Assembly (NCBI GenBank): GCA_002633005.1
Contig: NMRA01000106.1
Coordinates: forward strand, 38,940 to 102,939
Length of the DNA: 64,000 bases
Source: Phoronis australis
Lineage: Eukaryota > Animalia > Phoronida
Reading direction: 5' to 3'
Shown here: positions 25,044 to 37,535 of the stretch, one piece after another
Numbering within the stretch: the first letter of the stretch is position 1
How the letters are laid out: every line of letters begins with the position of its first letter
Notes under the pieces: model-generated
Database searches by the model: none
What the model was told of the DNA's origin: nothing
Seen by the model: only the letters and a program-made list of their open reading frames with translations
Translations under genes and position numbers: made by a program

Positions 25044-25807
25044 CAGGTCAGAGGCCCGGGGTCGGAGGTCGTGACCTTTTAAGAAAAGCCGGGCTATTTT
25101 TGTCAAATAATGCTTTTACTCAAAACCAATTGAAAACTTAAATATAATAGAAATAAATTGAATTTATAAATTAAGGTTTACCAACTGTTATAGCTTAAAA
25201 CACGTTTTTTCACGCTAAGTTTCGACCGGGAAATTATCGTCTGCTAAAGTAGGTTACCACTGGTAACTGAATATAATTCTCAAGTCAAAGATCCTGACGA
25301 CACGATACCCGCATTCAAACTGGAGATCGGTGATTTACAAGTAAGAGGACATGAGAGAAAAATTTCACTGAATTAAGATATCATTTTTATGGAAATTATG
25401 TGTCTTANNNNNNNNNNNNNNNNNNNNNNNNNNNNNNNNNNNNNNNNNNNNNNNNNNNNNNNNNNNNNNNNNNNNNNNNNNNNNNNNNNNNNNNNNNNNN
25501 NNNNNNNNNNNNNNNNNNNNNNNNNNNNNNNNNNNNNNNNNNNNNNNNNNNNNNNNNNNNNNNNNNNNNNNNNNNNNNNNNNNNNNNNNNNNNNNNNNNN
25601 NNNNNNNNNNNNNNNNNNNNNNNNNNNNNNNNNNNNNNNNNNNNNNNNNNNNNNNNNNNNNNNNNNNNNNNNNNNNNNNNNNNNNNNNNNNNNNNNNNNN
25701 NNNNNNNNNNNNNNNNNNNNNNNNNNNNNNNNNNNNNNNNNNNNNNNNNNNNNNNNNNNNNNNNNNNNNNNNNNNNNNNNNNNNNNNNNNNNNNNNNNNN
25801 NNNNNNN

Positions 25808-26837
25808 NCCCGCCCAGGAAATTTTTCTGTTTTTACCTCTAAAAATCAAGCATTTTCCTTGATTCCTGAAGTATTATTCAAGAAAAAAAAAAAAACAAAA
25901 AAAAAACAGAGAACGTGTCAAACAGACAACTGAACGTACCAAAGACTTGAACTCACGACCTCGCAATAAGAGAGCGCGTGCGTTACCACTACACCACCAC
26001 GATTTAACTAGTGCTCTCATGCTAAAAGACCTACTTGTTTATGGTCCACAGCGTTTGCGCGCGAAACCTACTTCTTTTCGTAATGCTTATTACACGTTTT
26101 ATATTTTGTGCCATGAATTCTTAACAAATTTGTCGTCTTTAAAATAGTCTTCAAGTGCCCAAAAGACCAAATCCGTTTTTCGAGTTGGCAATAATGACGG
26201 GATTGCCTTGGAAATCGTCTAAGTTAAGGTTTGACAAAGAGAGTAATGCGAGTTTCTGAGTGATTCACTAAGGCTTCGATTGAAATTCACATCTTACCAG
26301 CAGCTTCTGTTGTTTCATCGTCACTCAGGTTCCATTCTCTTTAAAAAATGAAGTAAAATTTCTTCATTGCACAGTGGAGCAGACGACGAAAACGGAGTCG
26401 TAGTGCGCAGCGCCACTGCCGGTCGCCTGGGATATCGCGGGAGAGCCTATACTTAGCCATAGTTCCGTTACGAATGCGCAGTGTTCCGAATTTGACACTT
26501 GAAATTGGGTTTGAGCCCCCCCCCCAAACACTTAAACTGCACACATTTAAATCTTTTTTCATCCGTATAATTTTAATTAATAAATTCACCATTTCCGTNT
26601 ACTTAGCCATAGTTCCGTTACGAATGCGCCGTGTTCCGAATTTGACACTTGAAATTGGGTTTTAGCCCCCCCCCCAAACACTAAAACTGCACACACTTAA
26701 ATCTTTTTTCATCCGTATATTTTTAATTACCGGGGTTAATTAATAAACTCACCATTTCCCTACGCTCTTACTGTTTTATTTTTTGCGGCAGCCAAGGGGG
26801 GGAGGGCCCTGGCCCCCCCTCCCTAAATCCGCCTATG
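25808..26837 (+). mobile_element. non-autonomous TIR element (right part), same family as 35243-36189
   Basis: High similarity to ~35380-36189; ends in CCCTAAATCCGCCTATG. Confidence 0.8.
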
Positions 26838-27284
26838 CAGCTAAACAAGAAATCGGAATGTACAAACATTTGGAAATCACAGCTTGATTCTTACTCGTAA
26901 ACAACAAGATTAATTTGTTTTGAACCTCGGTTCTCTCAACTATTTCTGTCGCTATCCCGAGTCATTCGAAATCGACGTATCCGTGTACTTGTCTATATTA
27001 CATAATATACAGGCTACAGTCTCGTAAGTTGTGTTCAATTTTAAACCTGCAATCGAGTCTTAGTGATTCATGACTTCGTCGAGCTTGGTTGTTAACGTTT
27101 CCTCTTCTGGGAGATTATGTACAACTCGGAGGTGCACGATATCAGTTGCTTACGAAAAATAAGTTTCCTGCGTGACACTGTGATGTTCAATTTCCATGCC
27201 CTGGGACTGCATGGGTTTGCAATTACAGAGCTCTGGACCTAGTGCATGGGGTAGAAACGATTCCATGGCTGCATCTCTAAATTA

Positions 27285-27637
27285 CATTGGCGGATCGAGG
27301 ATACCATAAGGGGGGGGGGCAACATTTTGTCTTGGGCAAGTGCGGTTTACGATTGAATGCGAGAACCCAGCCCGAAAAATTGAGTTGCTCGAATTTCTGG
27401 TCCTCGTACTTGAAAGCTAACAGTGGACAAAAAAAACAAAAAAATGAGAAGGCGTTTATGCGGATTCCCTGATACGATCGGGTCCGAGCCCCCCACATGT
27501 TAAGTACCGAGATTAAGTACCGAGATTAATTACTGGACTCAATATTTCCTCGTGCTCTTGCCGTTTTGCTTCTTTTGCGGCAGCCAAGAGGGGGGAGCGG
27601 GCCAGGCCCCCTGTCCCCCCCCCTAAATCCGCCTATG
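27285..27637. mobile_element. MITE with CATWGGCGGAT TIRs, 5-bp TSD AATTA
   Basis: AATTA-CATTGGCGGATC...AATCCGCCTATG-AATTA. Confidence 0.85.
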
Positions 27638-30600
27638 AATTAATCCAAAACCCAATCCTAAACCAGTAGATGATTTCCAATCTGATAGTCATACAGTGGT
27701 TGTCTTTGTACTTGTTGGCAAATAAATCCTACAACAATACAAACAAAAGTTATGAAAATTGTTCTCATTACTGTGAATGTTGTCACTGAATTACTCTCAC
27801 TTTAGGGTCGAATCAGTCGCATGAATAAAAGAAGGAATTGAGAGACCCAATGTTGGATGTCGCCAAGCAAGACCCCCGCGTCTAGAATTTAGACTACCAG
27901 AGGTCACTTCACTGGATCATTACCCAGTACCATCAGAAGATCCATCATGGTGCCCATGTCACAGGTGTCAAGAAATGCCAACCAGAAATAAAAGTGTGCT
28001 GTGGGAAGCAATCTGCTAACTGCGTTTCATTATTACCTGTAAGTATTCACTAAACCGTTGTCTAAAAATTTAATCACTACAAAGTTTTTAGTATTGACTA
28101 CANNNNNNNNNNNNNNNNNNNNNNNNNNNNNNNNNNNNNNNNNNNNNNNNNNNNNNNNNNNNNNNNNNNNNNNNNNNNNNNNNNNNNNNNNNNNNNNNNN
28201 NNNNNNNNNNNNNNNNNNNNNNNNNNNNNNNNNNNNNNNNNNNNNNNNNNNNNNNNNNNNNNNNNNNNNNNNNNNNNNNNNNNNNNNNNNNNNNNNNNNN
28301 NNNNNNNNNNNNNNNNNNNNNNNNNNACTCAAATCAAATCTCAGTAGCAAATCCCATCCAAAACCAACCAAATGTCAATTTACAAAAATATTGGTGAGTT
28401 CAGTCTGCTATAATGAAAATAATTCTATACGTTTTGATTGTCCAATATAGGATGTCAACCCCAATCAACCAGTTGTTGTTGTATATAATTCATTTACAAG
28501 AGACAAATGTTCCTTATCAAATCTACAGTAATGCGAAACCGCACGATAATATATTTTACCAATGCTTTCAGGATTTCCAAGTGTTTTGCCTGGAGGTGTA
28601 CTTGCCTTAGACAAGCTGCAACGAAATGTGATGACACTGAAGCCAGAGACTGATTAGAATGCGTCTAACTGACATCAGGCATACAGAAACTTTATCTTGG
28701 GGCAACATGGACATCTTGGGAGACATGTGGACAGAGTTGCACAGTTGTGTTTGGACAAAAATATTCACGGACTTTATTGGGACATACAGGCTACACAACA
28801 ATTGTAGCTGAGCACTGAAACCTGCTTGTGCACAATTGTTACTTTGTGAGATGAAAGTACAACTGTCAGAGTGAACTTTTTATTTCTTAGTCTACTATAA
28901 AAAGTCCATTTGGATTTTGACTTTCAACAAGAACCTAGAGCATTCTTAAATTAGTTACCATCATGTAGGGCAACGGCCCCAATTTCGAAAAACCAGTAAT
29001 GGATTAACTTTTCAAAATAATGTAAAATACTAAAATCGACTTCCCACCTAGTTCTCTGCAACAAATTAATGCGCTGTAACCATCGAAAACCCTCAAAACT
29101 TGGAGGAAAATTTTCAAAGTCTGCTAAACAGTAAAAGCATGACCTACACTTTTAGCAAGTTGCATGCAACTGTGGGAAAGGCCACCAACCAAGGAACATA
29201 ATGTCTAATTTGAGAGATAGGGGTATGAGTTTTTAGTTGATTCCTGCTTTTGTCTTTCCTGATTAACGCCAATGATGCATTAGCAGGTGACAGAAAGATG
29301 ATTGGACAAAATTAACAAAACAAGATATCCTTTCAACAGACATAGTCTCCTGGTTGTTTGGCCATGGCCCATAATAAGAAGTTGCAACATTTTTTGATTT
29401 AAAGTTCCATAGGTTTTGCAATGACCAATCGCGAGTAATCTGCTACTCATGTAACACACCTTACTTACAAGCACAACCTCTAGCCCAACAGCATAGCCAT
29501 TCAAAATATATATTGTAATGTTCAACACCATCACTCTCAAATTCAAGATTTCTAAATGCAGGTTTTAATATGAATGTGAATTGCCTAAGCAGTAAAACAT
29601 CACTAAAACATAATTTTACGTAACAGAGAAGCTTTATGGTGACCCTTGTATACAAATATCCCCCTCTCTATGACCCACTTGTAGACAAACCACTGACTAC
29701 ACATTTGGCTGAGAAAATAGTTAAGAATCAAGAAAACTATCCAATGGTAATACAAGTTAAACTGGTATTACCAGTTGTATCTTACTCACCATGTAGAAAG
29801 TGTTTCTGTAAACCAAACGCTCCATAAAGAAATTGTTTGCACAAAGTTAAGGTTCAGGGCTTGGACTGATCAATGACAGGTGATGTATCATTCCACAAAT
29901 TAATACTAGGGTCTTTGATAGAGATTTTTGGTATAGAAGTCAAAATAATGATCAAAAAAGAGACATAAAGAGGAAATTGGAAATATAATAAGAGGAAATC
30001 AAAACCAAAAGAGAGTAAATCCTCTTAAAAGAGGAAAATTACAAGCCTTGACAGTTTCCAAATTGACACTACACAAACTGCCCATGGCAGAGTTTGAAGG
30101 TCGATGGCCTGACTGAACATGTTAACTTCTGCATAACTGGATGTATCATGACTATAAACCAAACTGTAGTACCAGATGATCCTCTGCAACAAACTAAGGC
30201 ACATGACTGAATAACACCCAGTTGCCATATCATCTTAAATAACCTCTGTCAGGCAGCTTCTTTGACGCATTGACTTCTACTAATGGCAATCATTCGAAGA
30301 CGGCAATGTTGTCAGACAACAAGCGGGAGTCATTTTGCTTTTATGTTCATGGAAGCAGTGCATGTCAGACATGTCTTTTAACCGGGTTTTCACAATCATC
30401 AGCTCGTCATAGCTCTTAGAAGCCTTCACCAGAATGGACAACCATCTCCTGCTCTTCTTGTTGAAGATAAGTTGCTCCCCTAGAAATAATAACAATTGTT
30501 TCAATGTCAGTGCCAGACACGAAAATGAATGCAGCAGCATTGATTTACCCTGAAACATGAAGAGTGTGAAACATATGAAACTCTTCAAACAATTAGTACA

Positions 30601-33209
30601 TTATGCACCTCTTTCAGTGTTATAGAAACTTTTTCGAAGTTGTTTCAAACACTGGATAACATGTTTTCGTTATTCAAAATATAAAAATATACTACATATA
30701 GTTAATTAAGTGATTAGAGTTTCACACCTTTCAAGAAGAAAAAACAATACAAATAACAGCATTTGTCACAGGGTGGCTGAATTGTTCCCCACCACATATT
30801 AGCATTTAGCAGGTGGTTCATAAACGATTTAAAGAATAGGGCGTTCAACATGAGTTAGTTTTCTAATTAATGAAGGCATCTATGACCAATGACTCTTGAC
30901 TATTTCTATGACCTTAAGTCAAATCGCTGTTATGGTGTGGAATGTTACTGTGGTCTGTAATAAAGTCTATCCCATCTTACACCATGTCTTAACTTTCTTA
31001 TTCGGCCAGGACAGTTAGCTTCCAGGGCTGTTGTTAGCTAAAAAATGGTACACTTTACTTGGGCGTCCAAAAGCTAAATAGGGCAATCTACCTAATGTGT
31101 CTAAATTTATGTCAGGTTGCGTAGTTGGACACCCTAGATGCCACCTAGATGAAGGCCTGCACCTGGGGCTGCCGCCCAGGACCGAAGGCCACCCAATGTT
31201 CAAAGCTGTGTCACTGCTATGTCTATCAGGATGTGGTGGTTTTCAAGGCTTTCATAATTTTAAATGGTAATGATTTTGAAACCAATCTTATGAAAACCTC
31301 TCTCAACCTTTGTGAACACAAAAATAACTGATGTATTTTCATGTCTATTAGGTCAATGAAATAAAAATGCTACAGTGACCTTAGGCAACAGGTAACGCCT
31401 TGGTTGGTTGCTGGGTTAGATGCGGCATTCAGGGCTATGTAATTGCATATTGTGACCTTCAAAATGTGACTAACACCTGGAGATAGGCCACCTACACCTT
31501 TGTGTAATACACAAAATTGCATGGGCAAATGTTTTTCAAGTAAAATCTTGATTTTCTAAATGTGACCGGGAATTCAAAGTCAAGGCTGTCATCTAAACTT
31601 CAGCACAAAATACAAACAAAACTTCCTTCTTGAGCAGTGCTGAAGTGGTAAAATTTGTGGTATGTAGGTGCCAAAAGACCACCGTATCACCTTGAGCACT
31701 GTACGGTGCGTAAGCGCTACCTTCAAATGCCAAAAGGTGGTTGGCTGCGCCTACAGCACTGTTCTTGAGATCATGTGACATAAGTATGCACAAGGAAACA
31801 TTGCATGGATAAAAATAAACACACAATGCACACCCACACAGGACATGTGGAGCACACTCGGACATTTTTAATTCATATGTCACAATTTTTGGTTATTTAA
31901 ATCATCTCCCATTCAAGGAACAATCAAATTCAACTTTCTTGTAAGCATTGCAGGTGGTCTTTTTGTCATAAGCTGCACTGATGTAGCCTTGGGACATAAC
32001 AGGACGTGGCATGGCTTGTTCATTGCAGAAAAGGCCTTCCCACGTCTTCTCATCTCAATTTTGTGTTTGCCCCTTTGTTTCTAGCAGAGTCCTAAATTAT
32101 CACTCATTTTAGCACTACACCGCTAATGGCCACTTACAATTTAGTTTTAAACCCTTGTTGAATACTGAGTCGTGGCCACACCAGTAGCCAAAATGCATGT
32201 TTGGCGCAGCTATGTTAATTACCTTGCATTGCCAGCTTTATCTTCCAGGACTGGCCTGCTGTGATCCTTGATAGCTAGCAGAATTCTGGTAAGCCGGTAC
32301 ACAAGGCCTTGAGAGTAGCAAAACGCTTACCAGAGTACATAAGAATCAGCAGGTTGAAAATTCCCAACACATCTCTTGTTCTACAACATAAAAATCAAAT
32401 CCATGTTAACGTGAGATGGCAATTGGCTGCTGATACCTTGGTAAAAACAATACACTTTCTGTTGCTGTTAACATTACAGAATGCTATAATGTGCCATTAT
32501 CCAAAGCTAGAATAGGTACCTGCTGTTGATGATGAAGCATTCTTCAGCAATGTTGGGTTCTTTTGAATGCATCATGGTCAGATGACCCCTTCTCAATTCA
32601 TTTGTCTTCATCAGTACCTTCTAGTAACTCCCTGCTATGCAAGTTGAAAGTACTGGCAGTTGTCAGTGGAGCAGTCCACTCATGCTTGTCTGTCATGACT
32701 ACGTTAAGATGTATAAAGATGGTTGGCTGTGCCTACGCATGACCGTAACGTACTAACTTACGGTGCGTAGGCGCTACGTTTAAATACCAAAACGTGGTTG
32801 GCTGCGCCTACGTCCCACTACAACACTGGTAATCTTTCATTAATATAGCATATACTGCTAAAAACAACTTATTGGATCAAATACAAGAACTATGTATCTG
32901 TGTCATGGATGAAAGAGTTATGAAACCTATGGTGGTTGCACCCTATTACCCACCGCGTATGAACACAGTCAAACCTAGTGCGTTGGTAATACGTTCGTTC
33001 GGACAGAACAGATTGTCTTAACTTCCGTTATGGTTGGGCGATTTTGGTGATTCAAATACTAACAAGAGTAACGCAGAGCGTTGAAATACGCCCACGAATG
33101 CACCGCAAACGGCGTGCTTCTAGGGTTGTTTATTTGTTTCATAAAAATAGCCACTACACTAGCGCAAAAAATGCAATCCACCTAAAAACGGAAAAATGCT
33201 ATCGCTTCT

Positions 33210-33786
33210 AACACCTTCTCATTTGAAATGAGCTTTTCTCAAATAAATGAGCTTCGAAAAAAGGACTTAAATTGAATACTTAATAAGGTATTTCCCAGAC
33301 AATGCCACACTTGCAAATTCATTAATCGGTCTATCCTATATATATATAGGGTATACCACTAGCGTCATTCGCTTGAGTGGTCTATCCTATATATATATAT
33401 AGGATAGACCACTCAAACGATTGACGTTCATTCCTTGGAGTGGTCTATCCTATAGACCACTCAAACGATTGACGTCAGTGGTATATCCTATATATACATA
33501 GGGTAGACCACCGACTTCATTCGTTGGAGTGGTCTATCCTATAGGATAGACCACTCCAAGGAATGAACGTCAATCGTTTGAGTGGTCTATCCTATATATA
33601 TATAGGATAGACCACTCAAACGAATGACGCTAGTGGTATACCCTATATATATATATATAGGGTAGACCGTTTAATGAATATGCAAGTGTGGCATTGTCTG
33701 GGTAATACCTTATTAAGTATTCAATTTAAGTCCTTTTTTCGAAGCTCATTTATTTGAGAAAAGCTCATTTCAAATGAGAAGGTGTT
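33210..33786. mobile_element. foldback (palindromic) element, 577 bp, 4-bp TSD TTCT
   Basis: Arms AACACCTTCTCATTTGAAATGAG... / ...CTCATTTCAAATGAGAAGGTGTT, near-perfect over most of their length. TTCT at 33206-09 and 33787-90. Confidence 0.9.
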
Positions 33787-34073
33787 TTCTTTAAAAGAAA
33801 GCTATTACCAAATTTTATAAAAATCTGTCAAGGAACTTCAGATAAACGACGGAAAACGGAAAAAAATGAAATTGCCACCATTGGGCACAGCGTTCATTGG
33901 ATCGGCCTAAAAGACGTCGTCTGTTAGCTTCATATAAATGCAATTACTAAATTTAATGAAGATCATGCAGTGTGTTAAGGAGATGCAGCAGTAGGCGCAA
34001 AACAAAATAAAACTATCACTAGGAGGCGTCACAGTAGTCGAATTCGTTATAGTCAACCGCTCTCTTCACACTG

Positions 34074-37000
34074 CAGTGGCGGATCTACGTTTTCAGCAAG
34101 GGGGGGTTTAGGATTCTCGCCAAGGTCGAATCCTAGGAGCGTGGCGCCGAGCGGGGGGAGGTCGGGAGGGGGTTTCCCCTTCCGTGTAAGATATTTTTTG
34201 TTTTTGTAGCCAAATAGTGAAATTTCCATGCATCCTGGTAAGTTTCTGGCACTTAACATGTCTCTGGAGTTTTTCTTAAGATAATTAAAAACCCTTCTCG
34301 ATTTCGTCACATGAACTTGGCACATAAGTTTCGTGAAACCATATTGTGCACATCTGGGTATGAGTCACGCCACCAGCAAAAATTTTTGTTGGAACATCTG
34401 CTTAAACACACCTTTTTTGCATACGAAAAGTCGTATACGAAAAAGTGTGGTGTGTATACAGGGGTTAAGACAATTTCCAAATATTCAAGAGCATAATTAA
34501 GAAGCACCGACGGGGCGTAAAAACTTGAATATCAGATGATCGCGTAACAGCAGCCTCAAGCTGTTTAAGAACGAAGACCTGCACTTTTAGTCCGGAAATA
34601 AACATGTGTTCTGTCTCGTTACGAGAAAAACTGGCGAACGATGATCATGGCGGCTCTCAACTCATAGTCTATTATCAAAAGCGACAATAAATAATTAGGT
34701 ATCACTTTATTAAGCTGAATCACGTTGACAACAATTGAAAAACGTCAAATCTATCAGGAAACAAATCATCTGAAAACAGTTTCACGAAACCAAAACATCC
34801 TGTGCACAGTGGTGAAAAGATACACTGGACTAGTTTGCAGAGGGACCAGATGTACACTAAGAGTACACAAAAAGCTGACCTGGTCCGTCACGAGACCAAG
34901 AGTACACCTGTGCTTATTATCCCTATACAAATAGCCGATCTGTCGCGGGACCAAACAGTACTGGCTGAGATAAATAGTTTTACAAAGCACACTTTGGTAA
35001 AAAAATCACAAGACTAGTTCGCCGAGGGACCAGAAGTACACTGAAACTCAACTGGCCTGGTCCGTCTTGAGACCTTAAGTGTACTATGCAAAAAATTTTG
35101 AATTGAAAACTTCTCTCTAAAATTTTAATCCCAAGTGGTTACTCATACGTTAGTCCTATCCTTCTGTTGTCTAGACTGCCGAGGAATTTGTATATCGGAT
35201 CCAATGATTTGCTCGTCTTGGAACCATTCTACCCACATATCTCAGTGGCGGATCTGGGATATCACAAGGGGTGGCCCAACATTTCGTCCGGCTGTAAGCT
35301 TACGCAAACTGAACCACGATTTTAGATGCGCATAGCACCAAAGTGGCGGGAGGTCGGGAGGGGGGTTTGCCCCCTTCCGCAAAAGAAATTTTTTGTTTTT
35401 ATCTCTAAAAATAAAGCATTTTCCTTGATTCCTGGAGACAAAAGAGGCAAAAAAAAAAAAACGGAGAACGTGTCGAACAGAAAAAACTGCAAGAACCTAC
35501 GACTCGAACTCAAGACCTGGCGGATACAGCGCGCGTGCGTTACCACTACACCACCACGATTCAACACGAAATCTCTTTCTGAGAGACCTACTTATTTATG
35601 GTCCACAGCGTTTGCGCGCGAAACCTACTTCTTTTTGTATTTCTTATTACACGTATTATATTTTGTGCCATCGATTCTTAACAAATTTGTCGTATTTAAA
35701 ATAGTTTTCAAATGCTCAAAAGACCAAATCCGTTTTTCGTGTTGGCAATAATGACGGGATTGCTTTGGAAATCGTCTTAAGATAAGGTTTGACAAAGAGA
35801 GTATTGCGAGTTTCTGAGTAATTCACTAAGGCTTCGATTAAACACATCTTACCAGCAGCTTCTGTTTTTCATCGTTACTCAGGTTCCATTTTCTTTAAAA
35901 AATGAAGTAAATTTTTTTCATTGCACAGTGGAGCAGACGATGGAAACGGAGTCGTAGTGCGCAGCGCCACTGCCGGTCGCCTGGGATATCGCGGGAGAAC
36001 CTATACTTAGCCATAGTTCCGTTACGAATGCGCCGTGTTCCGAATTTGACACTTGAAGTTGGATTTGAGCCCCCCTCCCTCACCCCCCGCCCCAACACTA
36101 AAACTGCACATATTTAAATCTTTTTTCATTCGTATAATTTTAATTACCGGGGTTAATTAATAAACTCAACATTGCCCTACGCTCTTACTNNNNNNNNNNN
36201 NNNNNNNNNNNNNNNNNNNNNNNNNNNNNNNNNNNNNNNNNNNNNNNNNNNNNNNNNNNNNNNNNNNNNNNNNNNNNNNNNNNNNNNNNNNNNNNNNNNN
36301 NNNNNNNNNNNNNNNNNNNNNNNNNNNNNNNNNNNNNNNNNNNNNNNNNNNNNNNNNNNNNNNNNNNNNNNNNNNNNNNNNNNNNNNNNNNNNNNNNNNN
36401 NNNNNNNNNNNNNNNNNNNNNNNNNNNNNNNNNNNNNNNNNNNNNNNNNNNNNNNNNNNNNNNNNNNNNNNNNNNNNNNNNNNNNNNNNNNNNNNNNNNN
36501 NNNNNNNNNNNNNNNNNNNNNNNNNNNNNNNNNNNNNNNNNNNNNNNNNNNNNNNNNNNNNNNNNNNNNNNNNNNNNNNNNNNNNNNNNNNNNNNNNNNN
36601 NNNNNNNNNNNNNNNNNNNNNNNNNNNNNNNNNNNNNNNNNNNNNNNNNNNNNNNNNNNATAGAAGACGGCAGTGTGCTTATTGCAGGTAGACAGACGGT
36701 AGGTGTTGAGGTCGGAAGTAGGGCTCCTTAGGAGGCCTATTTAACATCGCACGAGTCCCGCAAGACTTTGTTGTGAAAGAACAGCCTCCCCGCAATTTCT
36801 GGTACTGTACACTTTTCGCGAATGCGGTCACTTTCTCAATGTGAGTGCTCCCTTGGTCATCCTTGTAAGACATAACTTGTTATAGAGTGTGTCTTCAAAC
36901 GGACTCGCGACCAGACCACGGTGCCCGCCACAATAGCAATTCCTCGGAAAAAGATTTTTTTTCAAAAATATTACATGTACACAACATTACATGTACATGT

Positions 37001-37535
37001 ACACTGTATGATATTGCGCAAGACAACTTTACTATACATCAGTTACAAACGTGTGGGGTGTAATAGAATGACACTGCATAACAGATGAGGTAAAAACGTT
37101 GCACGTCAATTCGCCTGAATGTCAGGGTTGCGGCACCGCAGTATTTCCCCTAATGAAATCAAAACATATCTTAGAGTAAAGAAGCTAGTTACCTAAAGAA
37201 ATCAGCTATAGAACTGCTCTTTCAGCGGGGAATCCATCTAAAATGCTTGGCTACTTCAGAAGTGTCGACGGAAGCGCGGGCACAATAAATCCCCGCGCGT
37301 TTTGCCGATGAACCACAAAGACTCAGCAATTCACAATGCAAAAAACTATATTTTCAGAGTGAACCCCCCCTCTCAATTTTTTCCAAGTTGGTTTACTTGG
37401 GGTTTACACAGGCTGGCTGTGCCGTTTTTGTTTTGCTAGAGACGCTTTTGTTTTTTATTTATTTTTTAAATTTTTGGGTCCTGGCCCGAGGGGGGGGGTT
37501 TAAACCCACTGAACCCCCCCGTAGATCCGCCACTG
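34074..37535 (+). mobile_element. non-autonomous TIR element, 5-bp TSD CACTG
   Basis: TIR CAGTGGCGGATCTACG / CGTAGATCCGCCACTG. CACTG duplicated at 34069-73 and 37536-40, and the host repeat resumes across it. Confidence 0.85.
35243..36189 (+). mobile_element. non-autonomous TIR element nested in 34074-37535 (right end in gap)
   Basis: Starts CAGTGGCGGATCT; body matches 25808-26770. Confidence 0.8.

Noticed and set aside
31940-32040. MPRPVMSQG as ZNF207 C-terminus
   Set aside because: It is on the opposite strand to ZNF207 exon 1, the match is short and low-complexity, and no other ZNF207 motifs are nearby.
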